A DNA stretch of 64,000 nucleotides from an uncultured Candidatus Saccharibacteria bacterium (lineage in GTDB: Bacteria; Patescibacteriota; Minisyncoccia; Minisyncoccales; JAGMDC01): NCBI GenBank assembly GCA_964615205.1, contig CAZTQA010000002.1, forward strand, positions 125,267-189,266, given 5' to 3'. The position numbers were made by a program, and so were the translations under genes. The notes beneath the pieces are model-generated. The model searched no databases, was not told the DNA's origin, and saw only the letters and a list, made by a program, of their open reading frames with translations. How positions within the stretch are numbered: position 1 is the first letter of the stretch; every line of letters starts with the position of its first letter. Positions 10,886 through 21,348 of this stretch are shown here, one piece after another.

Positions 10886-11458
10886 GTGGAAAAAACAACT
10901 AAGCCAGATATAAGATATCTGAATGATATGAAATTAGTTCTTTATGACCAAAAATGGGCTAAGACAGCTCCTAATTTTGAGCTTTACTATATGCATCGGG
11001 GTATAAAGCAAAAAGGAGAATTCAGATATGATATTACTGTTATCCCCCCAAAAATGCTAGGCAAGGAATTTATAAAAACAAAAGGTCATTATCATATTGG
11101 AAAGCATAAAGAAATCTATCAAGTGCTAAAAGGCCAGGCCGTCTTTTTAATGCAGAAAGGGGAAAATGAAATTAAAGATGTCTACGCCGTGAAAGCAAAA
11201 GAAAAAGAATGGATTATTATACCTTCATATTATGGACACATCACTATTAATCCCAGCCAGACAAAAACCTTGAAAATAGCTAACTGGGTTTCTTGCAAAT
11301 GTAAGAGTAATTACACGCCTATTCAGAGAAAAAAAGGAGCTGGCTATTTCTATACTAAAAACGGATGGAAGAAAAATAAAAACTATAAAAAAGTTCCCAA
11401 ACTGCGTTTTGAAAAATCATTAAAAAAAGCGGGTGTGGCGGAACTGGCAGACGCGTAG
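10886..11458 (+). CDS. cupin-type (archaeal-type) glucose-6-phosphate isomerase
   Basis: 190 aa. TVIPPKMLGKEFIKTKGHYH...EIY and IIPSYYGHITIN fit the two cupin-PGI signatures as remembered (T..P...G.E...T.GH.H...E.Y and P....H...N). GTG start. The last 30 nt overlap a tRNA. Confidence 0.65.
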   Translation: MEKTTKPDIRYLNDMKLVLYDQKWAKTAPNFELYYMHRGIKQKGEFRYDITVIPPKMLGKEFIKTKGHYHIGKHKEIYQVLKGQAVFLMQKGENEIKDVYAVKAKEKEWIIIPSYYGHITINPSQTKTLKIANWVSCKCKSNYTPIQRKKGAGYFYTKNGWKKNKNYKKVPKLRFEKSLKKAGVAELADA

Positions 11459-11513
11459 CGTTCAGAGCGCTATCCCGATTATCGGGGTGAGAGTTCAAGT
11501 CTCTCCGCCCGCA
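11429..11513 (+). tRNA. tRNA-Leu (anticodon CAG)
   Basis: Manual cloverleaf: acceptor GCGGGTG/CGCCCGC, anticodon arm TAGCG-TTCAGAG-CGCTA, long variable arm, T arm GAGAG-TTCAAGT-CTCTC. CCA is not encoded. Confidence 0.85.
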
Positions 11514-11522
11514 CATACTAAA

Positions 11523-13214
11523 ATGCAAACTCAAAAAAATAAACAAACTGAAAACCTTCGCCTTATTCCTTTAGGAGGTTTAGGCGAAGTAGGAAGAAAT
11601 ATGTCGGTTCTTGAATACAAGAATCAGATTTTGATTATTGATATGGGTTTCAGGATGCCGGAAGAAGATATGCACGGTATTGATTACATAATTCCTAATG
11701 CTAAATATTTAAGGGGAAAAGAAAAAAATATTTTAGGCGTAGTTTTTACTCACGGCCATTATGACCATATCGGCGCTGTCCCCTATTTAGCTAAAAACTT
11801 AGGTAATCCTCCTATGTATGCTTCGGCTTTAACTAAAGGCATTATTCTGAAACGTCAGGAAGATTTTCCTGATCAGCCCAAACCCGATATCATTGAAATT
11901 AAACATGGAAGCAAAATAAAATTAGGGCCTTTTGAAGTTGAATTTGTACGAATGAACCACAACATCCCGGACAATTTAGGATTATTTATTGAAACGCCTG
12001 TGGGAAATATCTTCCATACTTCTGATTTTAAATTTGATGATGCACCCGTAAATGAGCTGCCTACTGATTTTAAAAAACTCAAGGAATTGGGCAAAAGAAA
12101 GGTTCTTCTTTTAATGTCTGACTCTACTGGAGCAGAAGAAGAAAATCATTCTTTGTCAGAGCAGGATATTCAGAAGAATTTAGAAAAGATTTTTATAGAA
12201 TCAAAAGGTAGAATTATTGCAGCCACATTTGCTTCCCTTATTAATCGAATCCAGCAACTCATAGCTCTCTCTGAAAAATATAACCGAAGAGTAATCGTAG
12301 AAGGCTACTCAATGAAAACCAACGTAGAGATATGCCGGGCTTTAGGATATATGAAAATCCAAAAAGGAACCCTGGTTGCACCTCAAGAGATGAAAAATCT
12401 GGCTGATTCCCAAATTACTTTTATCTGTACCGGCGCCCAAGGAGAAGAGAAATCCACCCTAAACAAGATTACTAATAATGATTATCCTTTTCTAAGATTT
12501 AAAAAGGAAGATACAGTTGTCCTTTCTTCCTCGGTTATTCCTGGAAACGAAAGAACAGTTCAGTTTTTGAAAGACAGAATCCTGCAGCAAGGAGCCCAAG
12601 TTTATCATTATAAAATGATGGACATTCATGCCGGAGGACATGCTCAAAGAGAAGAATTAAAAGAAATGATAACAATGATGAGACCTAAATTCTTTATGCC
12701 TATTCATGGACAATATTCTATGTTGGTTAATCATGCCCAGTTAGCTAATTCTATGGGAATACCAGAAAAAAATATTGTAGTAGCTGAAAATGGAAAAATT
12801 ATCAACATCAGCCCTGACAAAATATTCATCAAAAAAGACAGCATCCCCTGCGATTATGTTATGGTAGATGGATTGGGCATTGGAGATGTAGGAGAAATCG
12901 TTCTGCGAGACAGGCAGGTTCTTGCCCAAGACGGAATGTTTGTGATTGTGGTTCTGGTAGATAAAAAAACTGGTAAGGTTAGAAACTCGCCCGATATTAT
13001 CTCTCGAGGATTTGTCTACTTAAGAGAATCCAGACCTCTTTTGGCAGAAACCAGGAAAAAAGTCATTGCTATAATCAATAAAAGCGTCAGTCCCAACAAA
13101 ACTGTTAACTGGACTAATCTTAAGGAAGAACTGAAAAAGAGAATCGGAGAATTTCTCTTTCACAAAACTCAGAGAAGGCCTATGATTTTGCCTGTTATCA
13201 TCGAAGTTGACTAA
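11523..13214 (+). CDS. rnj: ribonuclease J
   Basis: HGHYDHIG metallo-beta-lactamase motif plus a beta-CASP-like body. Start moved to the ATG at 11523 (MQTQKNK) because the longer ORF would read through the tRNA. Confidence 0.85.
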   Translation: MQTQKNKQTENLRLIPLGGLGEVGRNMSVLEYKNQILIIDMGFRMPEEDMHGIDYIIPNAKYLRGKEKNILGVVFTHGHYDHIGAVPYLAKNLGNPPMYASALTKGIILKRQEDFPDQPKPDIIEIKHGSKIKLGPFEVEFVRMNHNIPDNLGLFIETPVGNIFHTSDFKFDDAPVNELPTDFKKLKELGKRKVLLLMSDSTGAEEENHSLSEQDIQKNLEKIFIESKGRIIAATFASLINRIQQLIALSEKYNRRVIVEGYSMKTNVEICRALGYMKIQKGTLVAPQEMKNLADSQITFICTGAQGEEKSTLNKITNNDYPFLRFKKEDTVVLSSSVIPGNERTVQFLKDRILQQGAQVYHYKMMDIHAGGHAQREELKEMITMMRPKFFMPIHGQYSMLVNHAQLANSMGIPEKNIVVAENGKIINISPDKIFIKKDSIPCDYVMVDGLGIGDVGEIVLRDRQVLAQDGMFVIVVLVDKKTGKVRNSPDIISRGFVYLRESRPLLAETRKKVIAIINKSVSPNKTVNWTNLKEELKKRIGEFLFHKTQRRPMILPVIIEVD

Positions 13215-13247
13215 GATTATTGAAAATGCTATGATGTTTTTACGTTT

Positions 13248-14196
<949 letters not shown>

Positions 14197-14198
14197 TT

Positions 14199-14396
14199 AT
14201 GGACTGTTATTTTTGCAAAAAAAACATAAAAGAAGTTGATTTTAGGGAAACAGAATTGTTAAAGCGGTTTATTTCTGGTTTAGGAAAAATAAAACCCAGA
14301 AAAAAAACTGGGCTTTGCGCTAACCACCAAAGAAAGCTTTCCCGGGCTGTAAAAAGAGCTCGTCACTTGGGATTACTCTCCTCTACAGAAAAATAG
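14199..14396 (+). CDS. rpsR: 30S ribosomal protein S18
   Basis: 65 aa: CYFCKK...DFRETELLKRFIS...GKIKPRKKTGLCANHQRKLSRAVKRARHLGLL. Confidence 0.85.
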   Translation: MDCYFCKKNIKEVDFRETELLKRFISGLGKIKPRKKTGLCANHQRKLSRAVKRARHLGLLSSTEK

Positions 14397-14397
14397 C

Positions 14398-15378
14398 TTA
14401 GTCTTGTTTTTGGAGACTTTTCTCTAATTTCTTAAGTACTTCTGGATTCTCTTTAAGAAATTTTCTGGCTCCCTCAACCCCTACTCCTAATTTATAATTT
14501 TCAAAGCTGTAAGTATTACCGCTTTTTTTTATGATTTCCTTCTTTAGGGCAGCGTTCAATAAATCAGAAGCTTTGGAAATTCCTTCTCCATAATAAATGT
14601 CAAATTCAGCTGTCTTAAAGGGAGCGGCAACTTTATTCTTTACAATTTTAGCTTTGACACGGGAACCAATAATATCTTCTTTCTGCTTTATTTGGGCAAT
14701 TCTTCTTAATTCAATCCTGACTGAAGAATAAAACTTAAGAGCCAAACCTCCAGGGGTGGTTTGGGGATTACCAAACATTACTCCGATTTTCATCCGCGTC
14801 TGATTAAGAAAAACAACTACTGTTTTGGTTTTGGAAACAATACCGGATAATTTCCTTAAAGCTGATGACATTAATCTTGCCTGAAGCCCGATTTGGAACT
14901 CTCCCATTTCACCGGCAATCTCTGCTTTAGGAGCTAAAGCTGCCACTGAATCAACTACAATCACGTCCACAGTCCCTGATCGCACTAATGTTTCTACAAT
15001 TTGGAGAGCTTGCTCTCCTGAATCTGGCTGAGAAATTAAAATATCGTCTACATTAACACCGATTCTCTTGGCGTAATCAGGATCTAAGGCGTGCTCTGCA
15101 TCAATAAAAGCGCTTGTGCCTCCCCTTCTCTGGGCTTCAGCTAAAATATGAAGAGAAAGAGTTGTCTTTCCAGAAGATTCTCCTCCAAATATTTCAATCA
15201 CTCTGCCTCTGGGAACGCCTCCCACTCCTAAAGCCACATCTATGGAATAAGAGCCTGTAGGTATAACATCCACATCTACAGCCCTTACATCTTTTAATTT
15301 CATAATAGCGCCCTCTCCGAAACGTTGTTTAATTTCATCTACAGCTTCGTTTAAGTTGTTGTTTTCTTTTTTCTTCAT
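14398..15378 (-). CDS. recA: recombinase RecA
   Basis: GGESSGKTT Walker A and full-length RecA-like sequence. Confidence 0.97.
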   Translation of the reverse strand: MKKKENNNLNEAVDEIKQRFGEGAIMKLKDVRAVDVDVIPTGSYSIDVALGVGGVPRGRVIEIFGGESSGKTTLSLHILAEAQRRGGTSAFIDAEHALDPDYAKRIGVNVDDILISQPDSGEQALQIVETLVRSGTVDVIVVDSVAALAPKAEIAGEMGEFQIGLQARLMSSALRKLSGIVSKTKTVVVFLNQTRMKIGVMFGNPQTTPGGLALKFYSSVRIELRRIAQIKQKEDIIGSRVKAKIVKNKVAAPFKTAEFDIYYGEGISKASDLLNAALKKEIIKKSGNTYSFENYKLGVGVEGARKFLKENPEVLKKLEKSLQKQD

Positions 15379-15389
15379 ATATTTATATT

Positions 15390-17609
15390 CTATATGTTTT
15401 CATTGTTTTCTTCAACTATATATACTTCCCTAGGTTTGGCACCGTCTGCTGGTCCCACTATGCCCCTTTCCTCCAGCACATCTATTAAACGGGCCGCTCG
15501 AGCATAGCCTAAACGCAATCTTCTCTGCAGTAAAGAAGCGGAAGCTTTTTTGGACTCAATAATCACTTTTTTAGCTTCTTCATAAAGAGGATCTTCATCG
15601 TATAAAGTTTCTTCCCTGTCTAATTCTTCATCTAAAGAATTAGTTGTTCCATTCTCCAAGCTTTTTTGAATAGGTTCAGAAATTTGCTTATCTATATTTT
15701 CTTCTTCTGACTTTTCCTGAACCGGCATATCTGCGTTCTTTATCCAATTAGCTACTTTTTTAACTTCTTTCTCTGAAACATAAGCTCCTTGGATACGGCG
15801 CGGTTTAGAAATATCTGCGGAAATAAAAAGCATGTCTCCAAAACCTAAAAGTTTTTCTGCTCCTGACATATCCAAAATGGTTCTGGAATCAACTTGGGAA
15901 GCTACTTGAAAAGCCACTCGGCTGGTAATATTAGCTTTAATCAAACCAGTGATTACTTCTACTGACGGCCTTTGAGTAGCTACAATCAAATGGATGCCTA
16001 CAGCCCGTGACATCTGGGCTAAACGAACAATACCAGCCTCCACCTCTCTGCCTCGGGCAGCCATAACATCTGCCAATTCATCAATGATTAAAACAATGTA
16101 TGGCAAAGGAGTTAGATCCTCTTTTTTCTTAATCACCATTTCATTATAGCTGGCAATATTACGGGCTTTCATTTCAGACAAAACATCAAATCTTCTTTCC
16201 ATTTCTGCAATAAGCCATTTGAGAATATTGACTGTTTTTTGAGGAGTTAAAATAACTGAAGAAAGCAAATGAGGTAGGCCGTTATAAATGGAAAACTCCA
16301 CTCTTTTAGGATCAACCATAATAAATCTTAAACTTTGAGGAGAATTGTGATAAAGCAGGCTAAGAACAATATTGTTCAGGCAAATAGTCTTTCCGCTTCC
16401 TGTGCTTCCAGCTACTAAAAGATGGGGCATACGAGCTAAATCAGCAAAGACTGGTTCCCCGCTCACATCTCTTCCTAAGGCAAAATTTAATTTTGAATCG
16501 CTATTTTGAAAAGCTGGCTGTTCTATTAAATTTCTTAAGCCCACTCTGGCCCTGCCTTTATTGGGTAGTTCAATGCCTACTAAAGAACGTCCTGGAATAG
16601 GAGCTTCAATTCTAATAGGATGAGCAGCCAGAGCTAAAGAAAGATCATTGTTTAAAGTAGTAATCTTGGAAAGCTTGACTCCCTCTGCCGGTTTAAAGGT
16701 GTACTGGGTAACTGTAGGCCCAATATTGACTTCTGCCATTTCAACTGGAATATCAAAATTCTGGAGAGTACGTTTAATAATAGCCGAATTAACTTTTATA
16801 TCTCCAGAAGTAGGAGAGCCCTGATCCTTGGCCAATAAATCCAGAGGCGGAGGCTGATAGTTTTCTCTGGGAAAAACTGATAAAGGTTTAGTTTTAATTT
16901 TAAAAATGGATGAAAAATTCTTTTCTCCCTCTGCCCTTTCCTCTTCCTCTGTTTCTTTTTCTGGAATTTTCATTTGCTCATTCTGCTCTGGTTTCTGCTC
17001 CAAAGGTTTGATAAAGATTGGCTTTTCCTCTTCTTTTTCTTTTTCCCCTAGTTTCTCTTTTTCTTTTTTAGGACGAGGACTGATTTGCCAAAGAATAAGT
17101 CCACCGATAACAGCTACAGCCAAAAGAATAATAGTAGCCCCTAAACTACTAAAGGCTTTTACCAAGGGAAGAGCAATTAAATAACCCAACCATCCACCCT
17201 GTTTGGCTTCTTCTCCCAAGCTTATTAATCCTAAAATTCCAGATAAACTTAAAGCTATTAAAAAGATACCAAAAATAATATGAAATCTGTTTTTCTTTAG
17301 CTTTCCCTCATAGTTGCCTATTAAAAGCACAATTCCTCCTAAAACAAAAAGGGCAGGCAGAAAAATAACCACCTTCCCTACTAATGAATTAGAGAAATCT
17401 ATAAATATCTCTCCGGCTTTGCCGAATAAATTAAAAAAAGAAAGAGTTATTACAACAGCTATTAAAAACATTAACACGGCTGTTATCTTTCTTTTGGTTT
17501 CATCTAATAATTCAAGCTGAAAAAGAGGTTTCTTCTCCTTTTCTTTAGTATTAAATGATTTTTTATTATTCTTTTTATTATTCTTTTTATTTTTATTTTT
17601 CTTCCCCAT
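15390..17609 (-). CDS. ftsK: DNA translocase FtsK/SpoIIIE
   Basis: N-terminal TM block, a Glu/Lys linker, GSTGSGKT Walker A, and a C-terminal gamma-like winged helix ([21 protein letters not shown]). Confidence 0.9.
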   Translation of the reverse strand: MGKKNKNKKNNKKNNKKSFNTKEKEKKPLFQLELLDETKRKITAVLMFLIAVVITLSFFNLFGKAGEIFIDFSNSLVGKVVIFLPALFVLGGIVLLIGNYEGKLKKNRFHIIFGIFLIALSLSGILGLISLGEEAKQGGWLGYLIALPLVKAFSSLGATIILLAVAVIGGLILWQISPRPKKEKEKLGEKEKEEEKPIFIKPLEQKPEQNEQMKIPEKETEEEERAEGEKNFSSIFKIKTKPLSVFPRENYQPPPLDLLAKDQGSPTSGDIKVNSAIIKRTLQNFDIPVEMAEVNIGPTVTQYTFKPAEGVKLSKITTLNNDLSLALAAHPIRIEAPIPGRSLVGIELPNKGRARVGLRNLIEQPAFQNSDSKLNFALGRDVSGEPVFADLARMPHLLVAGSTGSGKTICLNNIVLSLLYHNSPQSLRFIMVDPKRVEFSIYNGLPHLLSSVILTPQKTVNILKWLIAEMERRFDVLSEMKARNIASYNEMVIKKKEDLTPLPYIVLIIDELADVMAARGREVEAGIVRLAQMSRAVGIHLIVATQRPSVEVITGLIKANITSRVAFQVASQVDSRTILDMSGAEKLLGFGDMLFISADISKPRRIQGAYVSEKEVKKVANWIKNADMPVQEKSEEENIDKQISEPIQKSLENGTTNSLDEELDREETLYDEDPLYEEAKKVIIESKKASASLLQRRLRLGYARAARLIDVLEERGIVGPADGAKPREVYIVEENNENI

Positions 17610-17650
17610 TATATTTCCATATTATCATAATTACCATAAAAAACCAACAC

Positions 17651-17724
17651 AAAAAAACAGAGACCCGGTCTTGTCTTGTCGTAGTCCCGATGCTTCGGGA
17701 CGAAGACAGGCCTCTGTTTTTTTT
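17651..17724. terminator. compound hairpin with A-tract and T-tract flanks (bidirectional-type terminator after rpoC)
   Basis: aaaaaaacagag...ctctgtttttttt forms the outer stem; gtcccga-tgct-tcgggac is an inner 7-bp hairpin. Lies between the ftsK start and the rpoC stop. Confidence 0.6.
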
Positions 17725-17728
17725 GTTC

Positions 17729-17755
17729 AACACCGGGTGTCGGACACCGGGTGTT
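17729..17755. repeat. CACCGGGTG double motif hairpin
   Basis: aacaccgggtgt-cgg-acaccgggtgtt. A related CACCCGGT...ACCGGGTG hairpin is at 32106..32127. Confidence 0.5.
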
Positions 17756-17757
17756 TG

Positions 17758-20700
17758 TTATTTTTTGAAGCCGGTACCGGCTGGAATGAGCTTACCAATA
17801 ATAACGTTTTCTTTTAGTCCTCTCAACTTATCTTCTTTTCCTTCTAAGGAAGACTTAATCAAGACGCGGGAAGTTTCTTGAAAAGAAGCAGACGAAAGAA
17901 AGCTGTCTGTAGTTAAAGCCACTTTTGAAATTCCTAAAAGTGTTTGTTCTGTTTTAATGAGTTTCTTTTTTTGTTTTTCTAAACGCTCATTTTCTTCTAC
18001 CACCTTGGATTGTTCTAAGATTTCTCCTTTAAAGAATAAACTATCGCCTGGATCTTTAATTTTCATTCTGGAAAACATCTGACGGACAATAACTTCAATA
18101 TGTTTGTCGTGTATAGCTGCTCCTTGGCCAGCATATATTTTTTGAATTTCCCTTACAATATATCTTTGAGTTTCCTGTACTCCTAAAACCTTGAAAATTT
18201 CTTTTAAATCCAGATTTCCTTCGTAGAGTTGGTCTCCTTTTTTGACTTCATCCCCGGCTTTAACCAGAATAGTTCTTTTAATCGGAACTTTGATTTCAAT
18301 CACGTCTGATTTTTTAACTTTTCCTTTAACAGATTCAGGCTTTATTTTTATGATTTGCTGTTTGGCCTCCAATATTAATCCGTCAACTGAAGAGACAACG
18401 GCTTTGCCTGAAGGAATACGGCACTCAAAAACTTCTTCTACTCGCGGAAGTCCCTGGGTAATATCTCCAGCGCTAGCCACTCCTCCAGTGTGAAAGGTTC
18501 TCATTGTTAGTTGAGTTCCTGGTTCACCAATAGCCTGGGCGGCTACAATACCCACAGCCTGGCCAAATTCAACCAATTGATTATGCCCTAAGTCCCAGCC
18601 ATAACACTGCCTGCACACTCCTCTGGCAGATTTACAGTTTAAAGGAGAACGAATATTAACTTCATCAATATCAGCTTCAATAATTTTTCTAGCTTTTTGC
18701 CTGTCTATTATCTCCCCTGCTTTGATAATACCTTTAATATCTTCCAAGCAGACCCTTCCTAAAATTTTAAAGAAAAAATCCTGATTAGTTATATCTGCGT
18801 CCTTTTTATAGACTACAATTCCTTTTTTATCTTTGCAGTCTTCTTCAGTCACTATCACCTCATGAGAAACATCAATTAATCGCCTGGTAAGATAACCAGC
18901 TGTGGAAGTTCTTAAAGCTGTATCTGTAGTTCCTTTTCTGGCGCCGTGAGTAGAAATGAAATATTCCAAAGCATTGAATCCTTCTTTAAAAGAACTTTTT
19001 ACTGGCAGTTCCATAATTTGTCCAGCTGGATTAATAACCAATCCTTTCATGCCAGCCATTTGAACCGGTTGGTTCCAGGAACCTCTGGCTCCGGAATCTA
19101 CAATAGAAAACACCGAACCCAAACGGGGTAAAGCCTTGGGAATCAATTCCTCAATTTGTGATTTGGTCTTGTGCCAGACCTCAATCACTTCTGAAATTCT
19201 TTCCTCGTTGGATAATAATCCTTTTTTATAGTTTCTATATATTTTCTCAACTTCTTTTTCTGCTTGAGCCACCAATTCTTTCTTTTCTTTAGGAACAACC
19301 AAATCGTCCATACCCCAGGTAATACCGGAAAGAGTGGAATACTCAAAGCCTAAATCTTTTATTTTGTCCAAACAATGCCAGGCAGTTTCATTAGCGTACT
19401 TTTCTATAATTTCATTGATAACTCTTTCTAATCTCTTGGAATTTATTTGTTCATTCACAAAATCATATTCATCTGGAAGAGCATTGTTAAACAAAATTCT
19501 ACCTACTGAAGTTTCTATTAAATTCCCTTCTTTAAATCTGACTTTTACCTTAGCTCTTAGATCTATTAATCCAGTATCTTTGGCTAAAATAGCTTCATTT
19601 TTAGAACCAAAAGTCTTATCTTCACCTAAGGCCTTATCTTTAATATTGGTAATCCAATAACATCCCAAAACTATATCTTTACTGGGACTTACAACTGAAT
19701 TGCCAGTAGCCGGCTTTAATAAATTAACCACTGAAAACATTAATTCCCTGGCTTCTTTTTGGGCTTCTTCAGAGAGAGGAACATGGACTGCCATTTGGTC
19801 GCCGTCAAAATCAGCATTGAAAGCAGAACAAACCAAAGGATGAACTCTGATAGCTTCCCCTTCAATTAGCATGGGCTTAAAGGCCTGAATGCCTAAGCGA
19901 TGCAGAGTGGGAGCCCTATTTAATAGAACTAACTTATCTTTAACCACGTCTTCTAAAATTGCCCACACATCATCTGTTTCCTCGTCAATAAGATGACTTG
20001 CTCCTCTAACATTGTATGCTAATTCCTTTTCTAAAATTCCTTTAATAACAAAAGGTTTAAATAATTCCAAAGCCATTTTCTTGGGAAGTCCACACTGATT
20101 GAGTTTTAGATTGGGCCCCACCACAATTACAGAACGGCCAGAATAATCCACTCTTTTACCCAAAAGATTCTGCCTAAATCTTCCTTGTTTTCCTTTGAGC
20201 ATATCTGCCAATGATTTTAAAAGACGCTGTCCGCCAGTAGAAGCCTGGGTCATGGTCCCCTTTCTCATAGTATTGTCTATTAAAGCATCTACAGCCTCCT
20301 GAAGCATTCTTTTTTCGTTTCTAACTATAACTTCGGGAGCATTTATTTCTAAAAGATATTTCAAGCGATTGTTTCTGTTGATTACTCTTCTATAAAGATC
20401 GTTTAAATCCGAGGAGGCAAATCTTCCCCCATCCAACTGAACCATAGGTCTTAAATCCGGAGGAAGAACTGGTAATACAGTAAGGAACATCCATTCTGGA
20501 CGAATATCGGCGTCTTTCATCTTTTTCAGCATCCTTAATCTTCGCAGAAGCTTTCTCTTAATAGTAATGGAACTTTCTTTAGCGAGTAAATCTTTAACTA
20601 TTAAATCTTTATTGTTATATTCTTTTTCTAATCCTTTTACTAATTTATCTAAATCAACTTTCTCAAAAATATTTTTTAAAGTTTCCGCTCCGGTTCCAGC

Positions 20701-21339
20701 TTTAAAAACTTGTCCATATTTTAAAGAAAAATTATGGTAATCAACCTCGGAAATAATTTTCAATGGTTTAAGGCCTAAAACTTCTTCCCTGGCCTTATCT
20801 CTTGCCGTTTTTAATCCTTCTGCATTAACTTTTATTTTTTCTCCCGATTTATCGGGGCTAGCTTTCAACTTTCTTTTGTATTCTTTATCTATTTCTTCCA
20901 AAATTGTATTTCTTTCTTCTTCGTTAACTTTGGTAATAATATAAGCAGCAAAATAAATTACTTTTTCCAACTGCTGAACCGGAACATCTAAAACTGTTCC
21001 TATCCTGGAGGGAATTCCTCTTAAAAACCAGATGTGAGAAACTGGACAGGCTAATTTAATATGGCCCATTCTCTCCCGCCTTACAGAAGATTTGGTTACT
21101 TCTACCCCGCATTTATCACAAATCACCCCCTTGTAGCGAATGCGTTTGTATTTACCGCAATAACATTCATAGTCCTTTTGGGGACCAAAAATACGCTCAC
21201 AGAAAAGCCCGTCCTTTTCTGCTCTTTGAGTACGGTAGTTTATGGTCTCTGGTTTTATTACTTCGCCATGAGACCAAGTCAGAATTTCTTCTGGTGAAGC
21301 AAGCTTTATTATTAATGATTCAAGATTAGCTACACGCAT
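17758..21339 (-). CDS. rpoC: DNA-directed RNA polymerase subunit beta-prime
   Basis: 1193 aa with the NADFDGD catalytic motif and zinc-binding Cys clusters. Confidence 0.97.
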   Translation of the reverse strand: MRVANLESLIIKLASPEEILTWSHGEVIKPETINYRTQRAEKDGLFCERIFGPQKDYECYCGKYKRIRYKGVICDKCGVEVTKSSVRRERMGHIKLACPVSHIWFLRGIPSRIGTVLDVPVQQLEKVIYFAAYIITKVNEEERNTILEEIDKEYKRKLKASPDKSGEKIKVNAEGLKTARDKAREEVLGLKPLKIISEVDYHNFSLKYGQVFKAGTGAETLKNIFEKVDLDKLVKGLEKEYNNKDLIVKDLLAKESSITIKRKLLRRLRMLKKMKDADIRPEWMFLTVLPVLPPDLRPMVQLDGGRFASSDLNDLYRRVINRNNRLKYLLEINAPEVIVRNEKRMLQEAVDALIDNTMRKGTMTQASTGGQRLLKSLADMLKGKQGRFRQNLLGKRVDYSGRSVIVVGPNLKLNQCGLPKKMALELFKPFVIKGILEKELAYNVRGASHLIDEETDDVWAILEDVVKDKLVLLNRAPTLHRLGIQAFKPMLIEGEAIRVHPLVCSAFNADFDGDQMAVHVPLSEEAQKEARELMFSVVNLLKPATGNSVVSPSKDIVLGCYWITNIKDKALGEDKTFGSKNEAILAKDTGLIDLRAKVKVRFKEGNLIETSVGRILFNNALPDEYDFVNEQINSKRLERVINEIIEKYANETAWHCLDKIKDLGFEYSTLSGITWGMDDLVVPKEKKELVAQAEKEVEKIYRNYKKGLLSNEERISEVIEVWHKTKSQIEELIPKALPRLGSVFSIVDSGARGSWNQPVQMAGMKGLVINPAGQIMELPVKSSFKEGFNALEYFISTHGARKGTTDTALRTSTAGYLTRRLIDVSHEVIVTEEDCKDKKGIVVYKKDADITNQDFFFKILGRVCLEDIKGIIKAGEIIDRQKARKIIEADIDEVNIRSPLNCKSARGVCRQCYGWDLGHNQLVEFGQAVGIVAAQAIGEPGTQLTMRTFHTGGVASAGDITQGLPRVEEVFECRIPSGKAVVSSVDGLILEAKQQIIKIKPESVKGKVKKSDVIEIKVPIKRTILVKAGDEVKKGDQLYEGNLDLKEIFKVLGVQETQRYIVREIQKIYAGQGAAIHDKHIEVIVRQMFSRMKIKDPGDSLFFKGEILEQSKVVEENERLEKQKKKLIKTEQTLLGISKVALTTDSFLSSASFQETSRVLIKSSLEGKEDKLRGLKENVIIGKLIPAGTGFKK

Positions 21340-21348
21340 AATTTGGAA

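Noticed and set aside
11355-11546. Minus-strand 63-aa ORF, and the 30-codon N-terminal extension of the RNase J ORF (11433..11522)
   Set aside because: Both run through the tRNA-Leu(CAG) gene. RNase J has a good internal ATG at 11523 just after the tRNA.
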